Assembly (NCBI GenBank): GCA_964036045.1
Contig: OZ038379.1
Location: forward strand, 4,092,001 to 4,156,000
Reading direction: 5' to 3'
Length of the DNA: 64,000 nt
Source: Eutreptiella sp. 'Long Island Sound 2002'
Lineage: Eukaryota > Protista > Euglenida
This document shows positions 22,168 through 33,800 of the stretch, piece by piece; position 1 is the first letter of the stretch, and each line of letters starts with the position of its first letter. The notes beneath the pieces were generated by a model. That model was given only the letters and a program-made list of their open reading frames with translations, did no database searches and was not told where the DNA came from. The position numbers and the translations under genes are program-made.

Positions 22168-22302
22168 GGCGCTTTCCTCCGGTGAGCAGGGGTCGTCTGA
22201 CCGGGCTGCTGTCTCCCACCGGCGGGCGAGCGCCAGCAGCTCTGCCGCCGTGTCCGCAACGCCGGAGCCCGGGGCGGCCGGTCCGGGCTCCAGCCGGTCC
22301 TG

Positions 22303-22935
22303 TCAGGACCAGTGTGGGCATCTAAAGTGCCAGTGGCGTTCGTCGGGGGAGCCCCGCTGCGCGCACCTCTGGCACCCTCCGCTCGGCGGCGAGTCCACAG
22401 GGATCCACTCGCCCTGCCTCGACTGCCATTGCAGTACTCCTCCCACCTCCCTGAATTTCACGTTCCGCCACGTGAACGCCGACCCTTGCTCCTTCCATGC
22501 CTCCTCCAGCGTGGTGTACTGGTTGGACTCGGAGCTGGATTTCCCGTGCGTCCCTGCATACCTGCGGGCATACGCCGCCTGGGACTGGGACACGCAGTCC
22601 CAGACCCTCCACGCCAGCTGCTCTCCTGGGTCGACTGCGGCCTCCGTCGCCTGGCCGCCAAACTCACTTGGTCGGGGGATCTCCCCCACCTCACCAGCTC
22701 TAAGGCGTACGTACGCCTTGATGTTGGACAGCATGAGTCTCATCCACTGTGCCAACTGGGGCTTCTCGAGGGCTCGGTTTACTTCTGGCACGCTCAGTGG
22801 GGGCAGGCGGGGCCCCTCCTTCACTGCCACTCGGGCGAGTTGCTCTCTGAGTTCTTGAATTTCTTTGGCTTGTGCCGCCAGCCGCTCCTCGGCTGACTCT
22901 TGTTGGTTCTGATTAGGCTGCTCAACCCCGTCCAT
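22303..22935 (-). CDS. gag: Gag-like ORF1 (210 aa) with N-terminal coiled coil and C-terminal zinc knuckle
   Basis: EERLAAQAKEIQELREQLAR coiled coil; CQRC-x9-H-x4-C at the C-terminus; first ORF of the element. Confidence 0.7.
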   Translation of the reverse strand: MDGVEQPNQNQQESAEERLAAQAKEIQELREQLARVAVKEGPRLPPLSVPEVNRALEKPQLAQWMRLMLSNIKAYVRLRAGEVGEIPRPSEFGGQATEAAVDPGEQLAWRVWDCVSQSQAAYARRYAGTHGKSSSESNQYTTLEEAWKEQGSAFTWRNVKFREVGGVLQWQSRQGEWIPVDSPPSGGCQRCAQRGSPDERHWHFRCPHWS

Positions 22936-25047
22936 GGGTTAACAAAAACAAAGACAGGAAAACTGCCTAAACATTGGAGACGCAAACAAAAGTTGAGACG
23001 AGGCACAACTAGTGATTACCTGCACGCCTGGACCACCACATGCGGCAACAAGTGGCACAATAGTGATCAGCCTCCCCAAGAAACCATCCCTAGCCCCAAA
23101 TCACAGAAAACTTAGTGTTCAGGGACAACTAGCAAAAGGAACTGCCATAAACAAAGGTTAGCCTATTTAGTTCCTGCACGCTGTGCGTACAGGACTTGGA
23201 GGTGCCGGCGTGCCACCTCCTTATGCCTCCCCCTTAATGTACATGGTGTGAGAGAAGGACCCACGCCAGTGGCTCAAGTCACTTCGCTGGACACCCTCCT
23301 GTGCACCCATCCGGGTGCCCTCCATCCAACCCTCTCCAACCCTGCCAGCTCTTGCACCCGCTAGGAGTCCCCATGTGCTCCACACTTCTTACGGTTGGCG
23401 TTGCAGGAGAAGGAACAAATCCTACCAACCCCTGGGGCCGGCCACAAGCCAAGGCTGTGCGGCTTGTCTCCCTGTGACGAGGGCGGGGGGATGTTGTGAT
23501 GCCATTCAATCTGCAGTGCTACACCCTGGGCGGGCACAGCGGTAGCAGAACACAATACAACAGTCGCAGCCCCTCCAACCCCTCCGGCGGCGCTGGCGGC
23601 CCATGCATCAATCAAAAGGCCACTCGAACCACGCATGAGTTGCCACATCCGCCTGCAGCTGCCGCAAGGATGCCGCCCCCGCAGTGGGAATGGCACGCAC
23701 AGCCAGTTGCAGCGGCAGCATTATCATTGTTAGGATCTCCCACCGCATCCTCGACCTTGGTGCCCTTGGTAGCTTGGTCATCCAAGGCCCTTGCTTCTTC
23801 ATCGGCGGCCGCATCACTAGCGGCTGCCGCTGCGCAACCTCATTGCTTGTGTTGGTGTTGAGCGTAGGTTGCTCGGCTGGCATGCTAGAGGGAGTGGGCA
23901 AGGCCACTCCTCACATTGCTCCTCGGCCTTGGGGCACCCAAGGCACTCGTCCGTCTTGTTTGTCTGTAGACGATCTCCTTGGCCCTGGTCATGGAGCGGC
24001 GGGGCAAGAACGGGGGCCCCATTCAACGTCTAGCAGACTCCCTCGCTAAGCGCTTCCCGCCATTGTTGCCGCAACTCATGTACCTCCCTCTCATGTCGAC
24101 ATGCCGCCAAGAGGGCTCTTGTCTCTTGCATAGAGGCTTCTGTTTCACCAGCACACCACGATGGCAAGGCCTAAGTGTCCCTGTAATGTTCAGCACTGTC
24201 TTGGGCATAACCAATGACTTCCTCTGAGGATCCCCGCCCAGAATGTGGGAGGTAACGCGGTTGGGATGCTAGCCTTGTGTATACGCTGCTTCAGCCGCCT
24301 TGCAACCTTCACAGGCCTAATGTCGCTGAAGCCTGCCAAATCCACGACCCGGGGCGCCCAGAAGATGCCACCCGCATCGCATGCGGCACCCCCCCCCCCT
24401 CATCATCATCATCCATGTTTGGGGTATCAGTCAAAAGCAGTGACACCACGGGCAGGGCCCCAAAAAATCGCCTCCAAAAGTTGTGGAACAACACCTTGTG
24501 TTAGTTTGACACGGGTGCTGTCCTCGCATCATGGGGGGGGGGGGGGTTGCTTGAAGCAGCAGAGTAAAACCAAGGCATGCAAATAATCCCCCCTCCAAAA
24601 CCACTCGCCTAGACCTCCGTTCCGGGCCCCAAAGACACCTTCCTTTTGGTTGCTGTGCAGTTGAAGTCATGCGGAAACCCAAAATATCCCTCAATTTTCA
24701 AAACAAAATTCACCCCTTGGTCTGTAGCCAGTACCGTGGTAGCAGAGTAGTGGTCTTGCACTTGAATGTTGTTGATTCAAATCCCACTGCAAAACTGTTG
24801 AATGCAACAACAACAACAACAACCTTCGTAACTAGTTCAGTCTGAGACTGGGCTTGGGTACCACCACCTTTGGATGCTTGCAAAACTCTCAATACTCAAG
24901 TAATTAATCTGTGAGTGGCACGGTTACATACACAGACAGCTACAGTCATTAAAGTGATTACAGCTACACGCGGGGTAGCCAACTCCTCGGTTCTAGATGC
25001 CAACTGCCCCCCAGCCCCCCCCCCCCCCCCCAACTTAGCGTTGGCCG

Positions 25048-25561
25048 AAGGGGGAATGTTTGCCTGGGGCACACCCGGCGCGCTACTTTTCTAGGTACTA
25101 TCCCGACTTCAGCCCCTACATAACCCCTGCATTCTCGGGGGTCCCCAACAAAGGGGACAAATTCAAAAGTGGCTACATAACCCCTGCCTTGGAAAAGTTG
25201 ATTCATGATGAGGCATTGGCAAAAAAAAAAGGAAAGAAACATTTCCAGCCCCATACCACCAATATCACCTGGTCACCCAACGCTGTCAAAATGAGGGATT
25301 CAGCCCGGGATTTTCAACTTGCAGGTGCAGCGCACCACCAACTAGGGTGCTAGCCATCTCTGACAACTGGTGGTCAGAGATGGGATACTAATTTTGTGCT
25401 ACCTGAAAAGTGCCAAATTTCGCCCATTTTTGAATTCTCCTACAAATTCCGACTATATTAATTCTAGACACATGGGGTGAACACACATTTTTTACCCAAA
25501 GTATGGGGTTCTGGGACGGCTAGACGCCCAAATAGTTGCACTGTGCGCGCATTGCGCTTAC
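25048..25561 (+). mobile_element. GGGGGAAT...GCGCTTA family element
   Basis: AAGGGGGAATGTTTGCC start; CCCAAATAGTTGCA...TGCGCTTA end. Confidence 0.75.
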
Positions 25562-25564
25562 TAC

Positions 25565-25775
25565 AACAGACTGTGCGTACCTTGGACTCTGGGATTGCAG
25601 TCCATAGCACAGATAAGCACCAACAAGCATGATTCAGGTCCACCAGTTTTTCGACAAACCAGTTGCACACTCGTCCATAATAGTGCCCATGGCACGTGAA
25701 GTGCTGCCTTGTCATTTCGTCCCGATAATAGTGCATGACAACCAGGAGAAACCCTCGACCCGCGGGTTTACTCGG
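25565..25775. repeat. Dispersed repeat; inverted copy at about 51150-51358
   Basis: About 210-bp reverse-complement match (ccatggcacgtgaagtgctgccttgtcatttcgtcccgataatagtgcatga...). Confidence 0.85.
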
Positions 25776-25884
25776 TGTGACCTGACAGTTCGCACTGCCC
25801 CTTGCCCCACTTCGCAACCTAACCGAAACGTGGGAGTCCATCATCCCAACTCAAGGGCTGAGGGTAGTGGTTCTGGTGCTTTTG

Positions 25885-26015
25885 GACAATTGGGCGCCTT
25901 CGGCGCCCATCGGCTCCTTAGGCCGGTACCTTTGACAACCAATTGTTGCCCGGAGGCCCCTTTGGGGGGGGGGGGGGGGGTAGCTGGCGTCCTAGGACCC
26001 ACGGAGTCACCCCCC
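25885..26015. repeat. Short GC-rich dispersed repeat; inverted copy at about 60305-60430
   Basis: Shared GGGCGC(C/T)GAAGGCGCC and gactcc..gggtc.taggacgcca motifs. Confidence 0.7.
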
Positions 26016-26339
26016 GTGCAGTTACAGCTACAGTTACAGTTACACACACAGAACACACAAGGACTGATGCAACCAGTGCCGTGGCCACTGGGGCTGACTG
26101 GCATCCAGATCCATCAACAACCATGAATGACATAGACAAGCTGAGCAACCCCCCCACCCCTCCCTCCCTGGGTACACATTGCAATCTAACTCCTCCGCTG
26201 TCACACATGCGTTCTGGTCCCTCTGGCGCACCCCTTCAAGGCAAAACTAGAAAAACTAAACTTACTGTGTTCAGTTGACACCACACAATGGCAGGCTGTT
26301 AACGGTGACAGGGCAGGAGCAAAGAGTGGGCCACACAAA

Positions 26340-27005
26340 ATCTCCAACCACTATGTGCACGCAATGGTTTCCTATGGTTGTACTCAGATCCACTGTGAGA
26401 GACTACTTGACAATGCCCAGTGTGAAATGCAGAGCTCTGTAGTCCATCAGATACGCCTGAGCCACTTGCACGCCCTGGCAGACGGCTGCACGGTCAGGCG
26501 CTCAGGGCACCAAGATGGGAATGAGGCTTGTGAGGGTCATCAGGTACCCACAAGCGGAGACAACACTGAACATGTTGAGGACGTATCTGATATCTACAAT
26601 TGCTTGGGCAAACGTGCCAGAATTGCTGCAATGCACAACGCTGGACAGCTTTGAAAAATTTTCATGGCGGGATCCCAGACGCAAAAATGATTGTACCCCC
26701 TGCGTGCGCAACGACCAGGACTGTTCCACTCTGACGACAGGTTGTTTGATAGGCAAGGATTAAGGTAAAAAAGCGCCATTTGGCCAGGGGGTGGGCGTTG
26801 CACAAGGGGGTATACACAAACAGGGGTGCACTGTGGCATGACACATGCGCTGGCAGCAAATCTCCAACCAGTATGCGCACTGTGAGAGACTACTTGACAA
26901 TGCCCAGTGTGAAATGCAGAGCTCTGTAATCCATCTGATACGCCGAGCCACTTGGACCCTGGCAGACGGCCCCAAGGTCAAGGGCTGGGAGTACCAAGAT
27001 GGGAA
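26340..27005. repeat. Local duplication (26340-26525, 26858-27005), probable degenerate retroelement fragment
   Basis: cactgtgagagactacttgacaatgcccagtgtgaaatgcagagctctgta is present twice. Confidence 0.7.
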
Positions 27006-28360
27006 TGATGGAGTCCATGAGATTTTATGGTTGCTTTTGTGTGCAGATTTCTGCTGCATTGTTGCATTCTGCCAGTGCCGCATGACAACGCTGGGCTGAC
27101 GCAGAATCACCTTGCCTCCGAGGTAGAGCGTGCAGTGTGTCCGCCGTGCGAATATTGCGCTACTTCCTAATTGCCAGCATCGCCTGAGGGACCAAAATTG
27201 ACAGTTTCACGGGTAGTGGCGACTGCGCAAGGGGAGGGGATTTTGAACCGGCAAAATAGGACATGGTTCTAAAAATGACGGCAGTGGTGACTGCGCAAGG
27301 CGGTGCCTGCGCAAGAAAGGGGGGTCGGATACGTTTCTCTTTTTTCATGACTGACTTTGGAAGTGTTCGACTGTTTGAATGAAATGGTCCAAAAATCGAA
27401 TACTTGGGAACAACCCTGGGACCATGTGCACATGCAGTATGATACAGCACGTACACCACAGTGCGAATGTGTTGCAGAGAGAGCAGATGCCCTGCCACTC
27501 ACGCCATTCAATGCTGACGCAAGGTGTGCTGCGTTGCAAGGGGTGTTGCGAGCCCCAAGAAGTTACGGATCTTGCTGAGGCCAAGGGCCCCAGCAACCAC
27601 ACCCACCCACATTGTGCTTATGCGAAAGATCAGCCTTGGAGGGGCACAAGGAAATCCAGCCCCTACAATCGAGGCAAACAAGCAATCAACAAGCACGTCC
27701 CGCCACAGCAGGAACCAAGGACCACGATTACAGATCGTGGCAGATGACTCATACGGCATATTCCGGTGGTTTGTGTGACCGCAGTTGTGCAGGCAAGGGT
27801 TTATATAGCGGTTGGCTCGCGAGATATCACCGCCACATCTTTCTACACGGAAAGCAGTATGCACACAACAGTTTTGTGGAATGGAGACAGGTCACATTCG
27901 ATTAGTGCCACAAAGGCGTGGGGACGGTTTATCGGGCAGCAAACCTGCCTGTCATTTGAATGGTTTTCAAGGCCGGGGGGCTGCATGAGTGGTCAGATGG
28001 AAAATCGCTGCTTTCATGTGTCCAGGGGCCCAGTCCAGTCCAAAAAAAAAGAGGTTTGATGAACAGGTTGCCTCCGATGACAAGGGACTTAATTTTTTGG
28101 GAGTCCAAGCTACGGCAAGCTGCCGAAGCCCGCTCACCAGAAGGCATTCGAGAAACCTCTCGGAATCAAGGATCAGATGTCCAGTGCTACGATTGTCCCA
28201 CAAAGCGACGTGGTAGCGGACATAACACGTAGTGAGGATAAGCTGCATCTGATACCAGGAAATGCAGCGGGAACTACCACGCCCGAAGGCATCCCACTGT
28301 GCTACTGGAGCACAAGAAACACTGAAGGCTGAGTAACAACATCAGTGTGCTATGCATAGA

Positions 28361-30880
28361 GAGGGGGAATCCTTGCACTGCGCGCTACTTTTAGACTATG
28401 TTCCCCCCAAAGAGCCCCTAGGCACGCCCCTTGGAAACACCCTTAGAACTAGGCGACCCAAACTGGACTGGAGGGGACCTTGAGGGGGACCTTCCCGGTT
28501 CTTGTGGCAGTGGTGGAGGACCAGGGAGAACTTGACTGTGTGTTGGGCGGCGGAGATGAAGGGCAGGTTGCGAGTCTGAACTTGGGATGGCAAAGGAGAT
28601 GGACTCCATCTTGCATTGCCGATTCACCACTGTCAACCCATCTTGGGGGCAATGTTTGCCCGGCGCGCGCCCGGCGCGCTACCTTTCTATTAACTATCCC
28701 GACTTCAGCCCGAGATTTACCCTCTGATGGAGAAGGCCCCCCAAATAGACCATGATGGACTGCGCACCTTCCCTACAAAGCACGTTGCATAATTAGACAA
28801 TAGCTGTGAATTCAACAACTCCAAATGTCATTTGTATTGTATTAAACAAACGGTACTTTGCCTTCACCTTTCGCATAGATTTCGCTGTGGTAATGAGTCC
28901 CCAGGCCGCAAGCAGTTTCGACGGCGGTTCTGCCTCACGTCACAAGAACGAAGCGCAAACTCAGTATTCGCTACATCACCCCTGCCTTCTCGGGTCCCCA
29001 TGGTGGGGAGAAATCAATATGGCTACATTACCCATGCTTTCTTGGGGTCCCCATGGTGGGGAGAAATCAACCTAGTAAGGAGTGGATGTGGTGGAAACGA
29101 GAAAAAAATGGAAGAAAATTGGTGAAAATGGGTGAGAATCCAAATATACCATATCCCGAATGTGAAAGAAGCATCAAAATACCCGTTGTCAAACAACAAT
29201 AATGCCCATAGTATCACAAAGTATGGGGTTCTAGGATGGCTAGCCGTCCAAATAGTTGCACTGCGCACGCACTGCGCTTAGGGGGAATGTTTGCCCGGCG
29301 CGCGCCCGGCGCGCTACTTTTGTATTAACTATCCCAACTTCAGCCCCAGATTTACCCTCCCATGGAGAAGCCCCCCAAGTAGACCACATTGCACTGCACA
29401 CCTTCCCTACAAAGCACGTTGCAAAATAAAGCAATATCTATGACTTCAACCACTCCAACTGTCATTTGTAGCGTAATTAACAAACAACATTGGTCGGGGC
29501 CCGTTTCAAAGTGCACATGCACCGCATTTCAGGAACTACGCAACAAAACACAACGCAACGCAACGCAAAGCAAAAGCGTAACGATGATTGTCCCGGTTTC
29601 CTCAATAGCACCGGAAGGTTGGGGCCCAAAAGAGGGCGGAAATGCTACGTCACCCCTGCATTCTCGGGGGTCCCCAACAAAGGGAACAAAATCAGAAGTC
29701 AAAACCTACGCCGGGGGTCACCATGATGCACCACGCCACAAAGCGTGGATTCAAAGATTGTCCCGGTTTCCTCAATAGCACCGGAAGGTTGGGGCCCAAA
29801 AGAGGGCAGAAATGCTACGTCACCCCTGCATTCTCGGGGTTCCCCAACAAAGGAGACAAAATCAGAAGTCAAAACCTACGCCGGGGGTCACCATGATGCT
29901 CCTAGTATCTCAAAGTGTGGGTCCCTAGTACAGCCAGGCGCCCAAATAGCTGCACTGTGCTAAGTGCGCCCCCTTAGCGCACCCCCTAAAAGGTCACTGG
30001 TGGGGCACGGGTCCAAAAAGATGCCCGGCGCGCGTCCGGCGCGCTAACGTTCCCCCTTAGTGCACCCCCTAAAAGGTCACCGGTGGGGCACGGGTCAAAA
30101 AAGATGCCCGGCGCGTGCCCGGCGCGCGCCCGGCGCACTAACGTTCCCCCTTGGTAGGGGGAATCCTTGCACTGCGCACGCACTGCGCGCTACTTTTAGA
30201 CTATGTTCCCCCCAAAGAGCCCCTAGGCACGCCCCTTGGAAACACCCTTAGAATTAAGCGACCCAAACTGGACTAGAGGGCACCTTGAGGGGGACCTTCC
30301 CAGTTCTTGTGGCATGGTGAAGGACCAGGGGCCTTTGGGGGGGAACTTGACTGTGTGTTGGGCAGCGGAGATGGAGGGCAATCAGGTGGTGAGTCTGAAC
30401 TTGGGATGGCAAAGGAGATGGACTCCATCTTGCATTGCCAATTCACCACTCTCAACCCATCTTGGTAGTATTCCAAGTGGAGGAGTCCGTCTTTAGCCGT
30501 CCCAACCACCGTGGCAGGAGGTCGGGGGCCATTGGAGCGGGTGTAGAACACCCTATCCCGAATACTGAGATCCATGGAGAAAGTGGGCCTAAGAAATGAG
30601 GCAGGAAGTATGATGTCTTGTAGCAGGCACCCTCAAAGTGTATCACCATATCAATCAACCGAGAAAAAGAGTAGATGTGGTGGAAATGGGCAAAAAATGC
30701 GTGCAAAAAAGTAGAAATGGGTGAAACAGGGTGAACATCCAAAAATGCCATATCCACAATGCATCAAAACCTACTACCAAACAACAATGATGCCCAAAGT
30801 ACCACAAAGTATGGGTTTCTACTACAGCCAGACGCCCAAATAGTTGCAATGCGCGCGCACTTAAGGCTTAAGGCTTAAGG
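28361..30880. mobile_element. Cluster of GGGGGAAT...GCGCTTA(A)G elements: 28361-29281 (composite, inner start 28645), 29281-29964, two about 90-bp mini-units on minus (29973-30058, 30056-30152), and 30156-30866 followed by more CTTAAGG repeats
   Basis: Shared termini; head-to-tail junctions GCGCTTAG|GGGGAATG (29281) and GCACTAAG|GGGGAACG (minus, about 30056); 169-bp internal tandem duplication at 29590-29900. Confidence 0.8.
30273..30575 (-). pseudogene. Tudor/SH3-like barrel fragment carried inside the hairpin-ended element
   Basis: LSIRDRVFYTRSNGPRPPATVVGTAKDGLLHLEYYQDG; the 3' part is duplicated at about 28420-28640. Confidence 0.35.
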
Positions 30881-33800
30881 CCAGAAAGCAGTATCGAAGA
30901 AGGTACCTCCGATGACAAGGGGCTTATTCCACAGGATGCTGAGTATCTCATTGCTGCGTCAGCTTCATCTTCGACTTTATCATCATCTTCTGCTTCTTCC
31001 TCGAACAGTTCAGTCTTTGACTCTGATTTTTTTTTGTCCAGACTAAGATGAGCTGGCGTAGCCTGCTCACTGTACAGTACTCGAGATAGCCTCTCGGAAT
31101 CAAGGGTCAGAGCCGTCCAGTGCTACGGTGATCCCATAATGCTTGTGGTAGCGGATCTGACACATAGTGAGGATCAGCTGAGTCTGAGACCAGTTCAGTC
31201 TTTGACTCTGATTCTCAATAAGTTATATGTTTCACCACACAACATATTCAGCCAAAAAAATCAATAATGTCTGAATGCATAGAGGTTCTCTCAGACCCTG
31301 TTCGCGCCTCCATAATGCTAAACAAATCTGATCAGCAGGCTCAAATTAGGACAAACTGAATCCAGCAGGGTGCGACAAGCGTTTGCAGGGGACAAACCAA
31401 TGTTTACATGATATTTACTTTTTGTCTTTGCAGCTGTTTGGCTCTGTATTGCATGTCTCTTCTGCAACAATTTGCATGCAGGATGACATTCAGTCTTGTG
31501 TGTTTTACCTTGTTTCACTCCCACCTCAGAGCAAAATAGGACGCCTTTGGGACCTGGTGCCCAATTTTGGTGGTCCTGCTATCACCAGGGAATCCGGACA
31601 ACGTGGGTTGAAGATGGAGCTATAGGAGATGGAAACCCCTGTGAAGGTGCATGACGCCAGCCCCGGAAATCAATGACGGCCTAGATGCTGTGCGGAAAGC
31701 ATGTCAAGTCCCCTCGAGGGGTTGACCGAGGAAGGGACTGGGGGAGGTCATGGGGCAGATCACCAGGGTGGTTCAGTACAACGCAGGTGTGCCCCTGCCT
31801 GGCAGAAAGGACAATTGTTGCACAACCAGCGTTATCCTGGCGCGCTTGGGTTCGGGGATCCGCCTCGAAATAAATGCAACAGCCCTCCGTCTCAGCTAAG
31901 TTCTGAACACTGGTTTCATCAATTGGTTAGAGTGTGCCTTCTTGAGGTCTGTTTTTGTTGTTGTTGAGGTCAGCACTGCACCACACAAATGCATGGTTCA
32001 CAATCAAACAAAACAGAATTCTGGAAAATGCTGAAATACCCACAGCGAGAAGAGCCACAGGGGGCTGCCTGACTTCAAACACCGAGGGTTAAACCACAGA
32101 AGCGCTTCCGGTTTCTTTCTTTTTTTTTGGACTCAGACCAAGATGAGCTGGCGCAGCCTGCTCACTTTGAAGTACTCGAGATAACCTTTGGAAATCAAGG
32201 TTCAGAGCCGTCCAGTGCTACGATGATCCCACAGTGGCGGTGGTAGCGGATCTGACACGTAGTGAGGATTAGCTGAGTTTGAAACCAGGTAATGCAGTGG
32301 GAGACTGCCACGCCCACAGAGCGCTGCTGGTTTCACGCACTTGGGAATGTCGTTCCTCTGCATGCATATTTGGTAAGATCCACCGGATATGCAGTTTATC
32401 GTGTTCTGGTCTGCTGCAAACCCTGACTCTCGAGAGAAACTCGGAAATCACGCTCTGGGTGTGCCCGGACACGGTATTCACCAGATCCACCATATATACA
32501 TCATCCCCATCCGGAACAAACTTATGACATGACAGATGGCAATCAAGGACCAATGCTACCGTTGTCCCACTAAGCAAAGTGGTGGGCAATGTGACATATC
32601 GTGAGGATGAGCTGCATTTGATGCCAGGAAATGCAGCGGGAACTGCCACACTCGGATCTGATGCATGGGATCGCAGTAGAATCTGCCACCCCATACATAC
32701 AACGGTGTCCCCCACCCCACGTGGGGGCTATGCGCTTGGATCCAAACCTGACCCTTCCACTACAACTGCATCCTAATTGGATGGCACCTTCGGTGCCATG
32801 GACTTGTGGAGCAAGTGACGTTGCACGTGAACTGCTCTTCCCCTCCCCCTTGCACAAGCATGGCCCAACTCAGTGAGAACCATGGACACCCGTGCTGGCA
32901 AACCCGTGCTTACGCGCGATCCGTGAGGGCAAGCGTCGGGTGTGGGTCCCCATCCACAAAAATGCTGCAGCCTCAAGCAGAACGTTGTTCTCAGAACACA
33001 CCGTTCTGCACAGGCGAGACCGAGCCCCTCTTCCAACGGGTGACACACATGTCGGCTTTGCACCCTTGACCACAACAATTACTGCCAGAAAAACGACGGT
33101 CCAGGGGTCGCCGCGCTTGCGCAAGGAGGGGGGGTCGTCCGGGCTGATCCAGACCATTGCGGTAAAACCCAATGAAGGTGAGAGCAAAGGTGTAGGTGGA
33201 ACCTTTGGTAGACGTACAGCTGGATTGCAACCACCCAACGGCCCATAACTTCACAAGAAGAGTAGGAAGGACAGAGGGGTTCACTTTGGCGCCCTGGCAG
33301 ACCGTAGCTGATGTGTCACCCACACCAGTGAACTTCTCCTCGGTGGGGAACGAAATTTTCCAAAGCAGTCGGCCCTGTAACCCCCCCACCGACACACCCC
33401 CACGGGCCCCGAAACCTCCCCCCCTTAGCCAGTGGGACAAAGCTTAAGCAAAGGTCTGCGCTGGTTGGCATCCAATGGATGAACAGTTGGCGGCTGCAAT
33501 TGCGGCTTCCGTTGGTTATCCAATTCGAAAACGAGTGAAAATAAACGGAGAGTTGACACGCGTGCATGCATTGCACGCAACTGGTGTTTTCGGAAAGAGA
33601 CGGGTGAATGGGCCATGTTCTATTGGGTATGCGGGTTATGTGAAGTGCCTTGGAACTCGGTCACAAGGCAGATTCAAGAAGCTTATACTGTTTGCTGTGT
33701 GGCTGCCGCGGGTTTATATGTTCTCATATCGTCACCAAATGGTCATCCAGACCTGTCCCAAGCCCCTTCCCAGGTCGCCTTGTCCGTCGCAGGACCTCTT

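Larger units (their letters stand above)
16826..22990 (-). mobile_element. Tyrosine-recombinase (DIRS-order) retrotransposon, VIPER/TATE-type order gag-YR-RT-RNase H, near intact
   Basis: Four recognisable coding regions on the minus strand (see ORF features) plus a repetitive 3' region. Exact termini not resolved. Confidence 0.9.
28085..32655 (+). repeat. Four diverged copies of a 130-200 bp module (28085-28290, 31045-31195, 32140-32315, 32525-32655)
   Basis: Core aatcaagg...cagtgctac...gtggtagcgga...gtgaggat.agctg. Confidence 0.7.
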
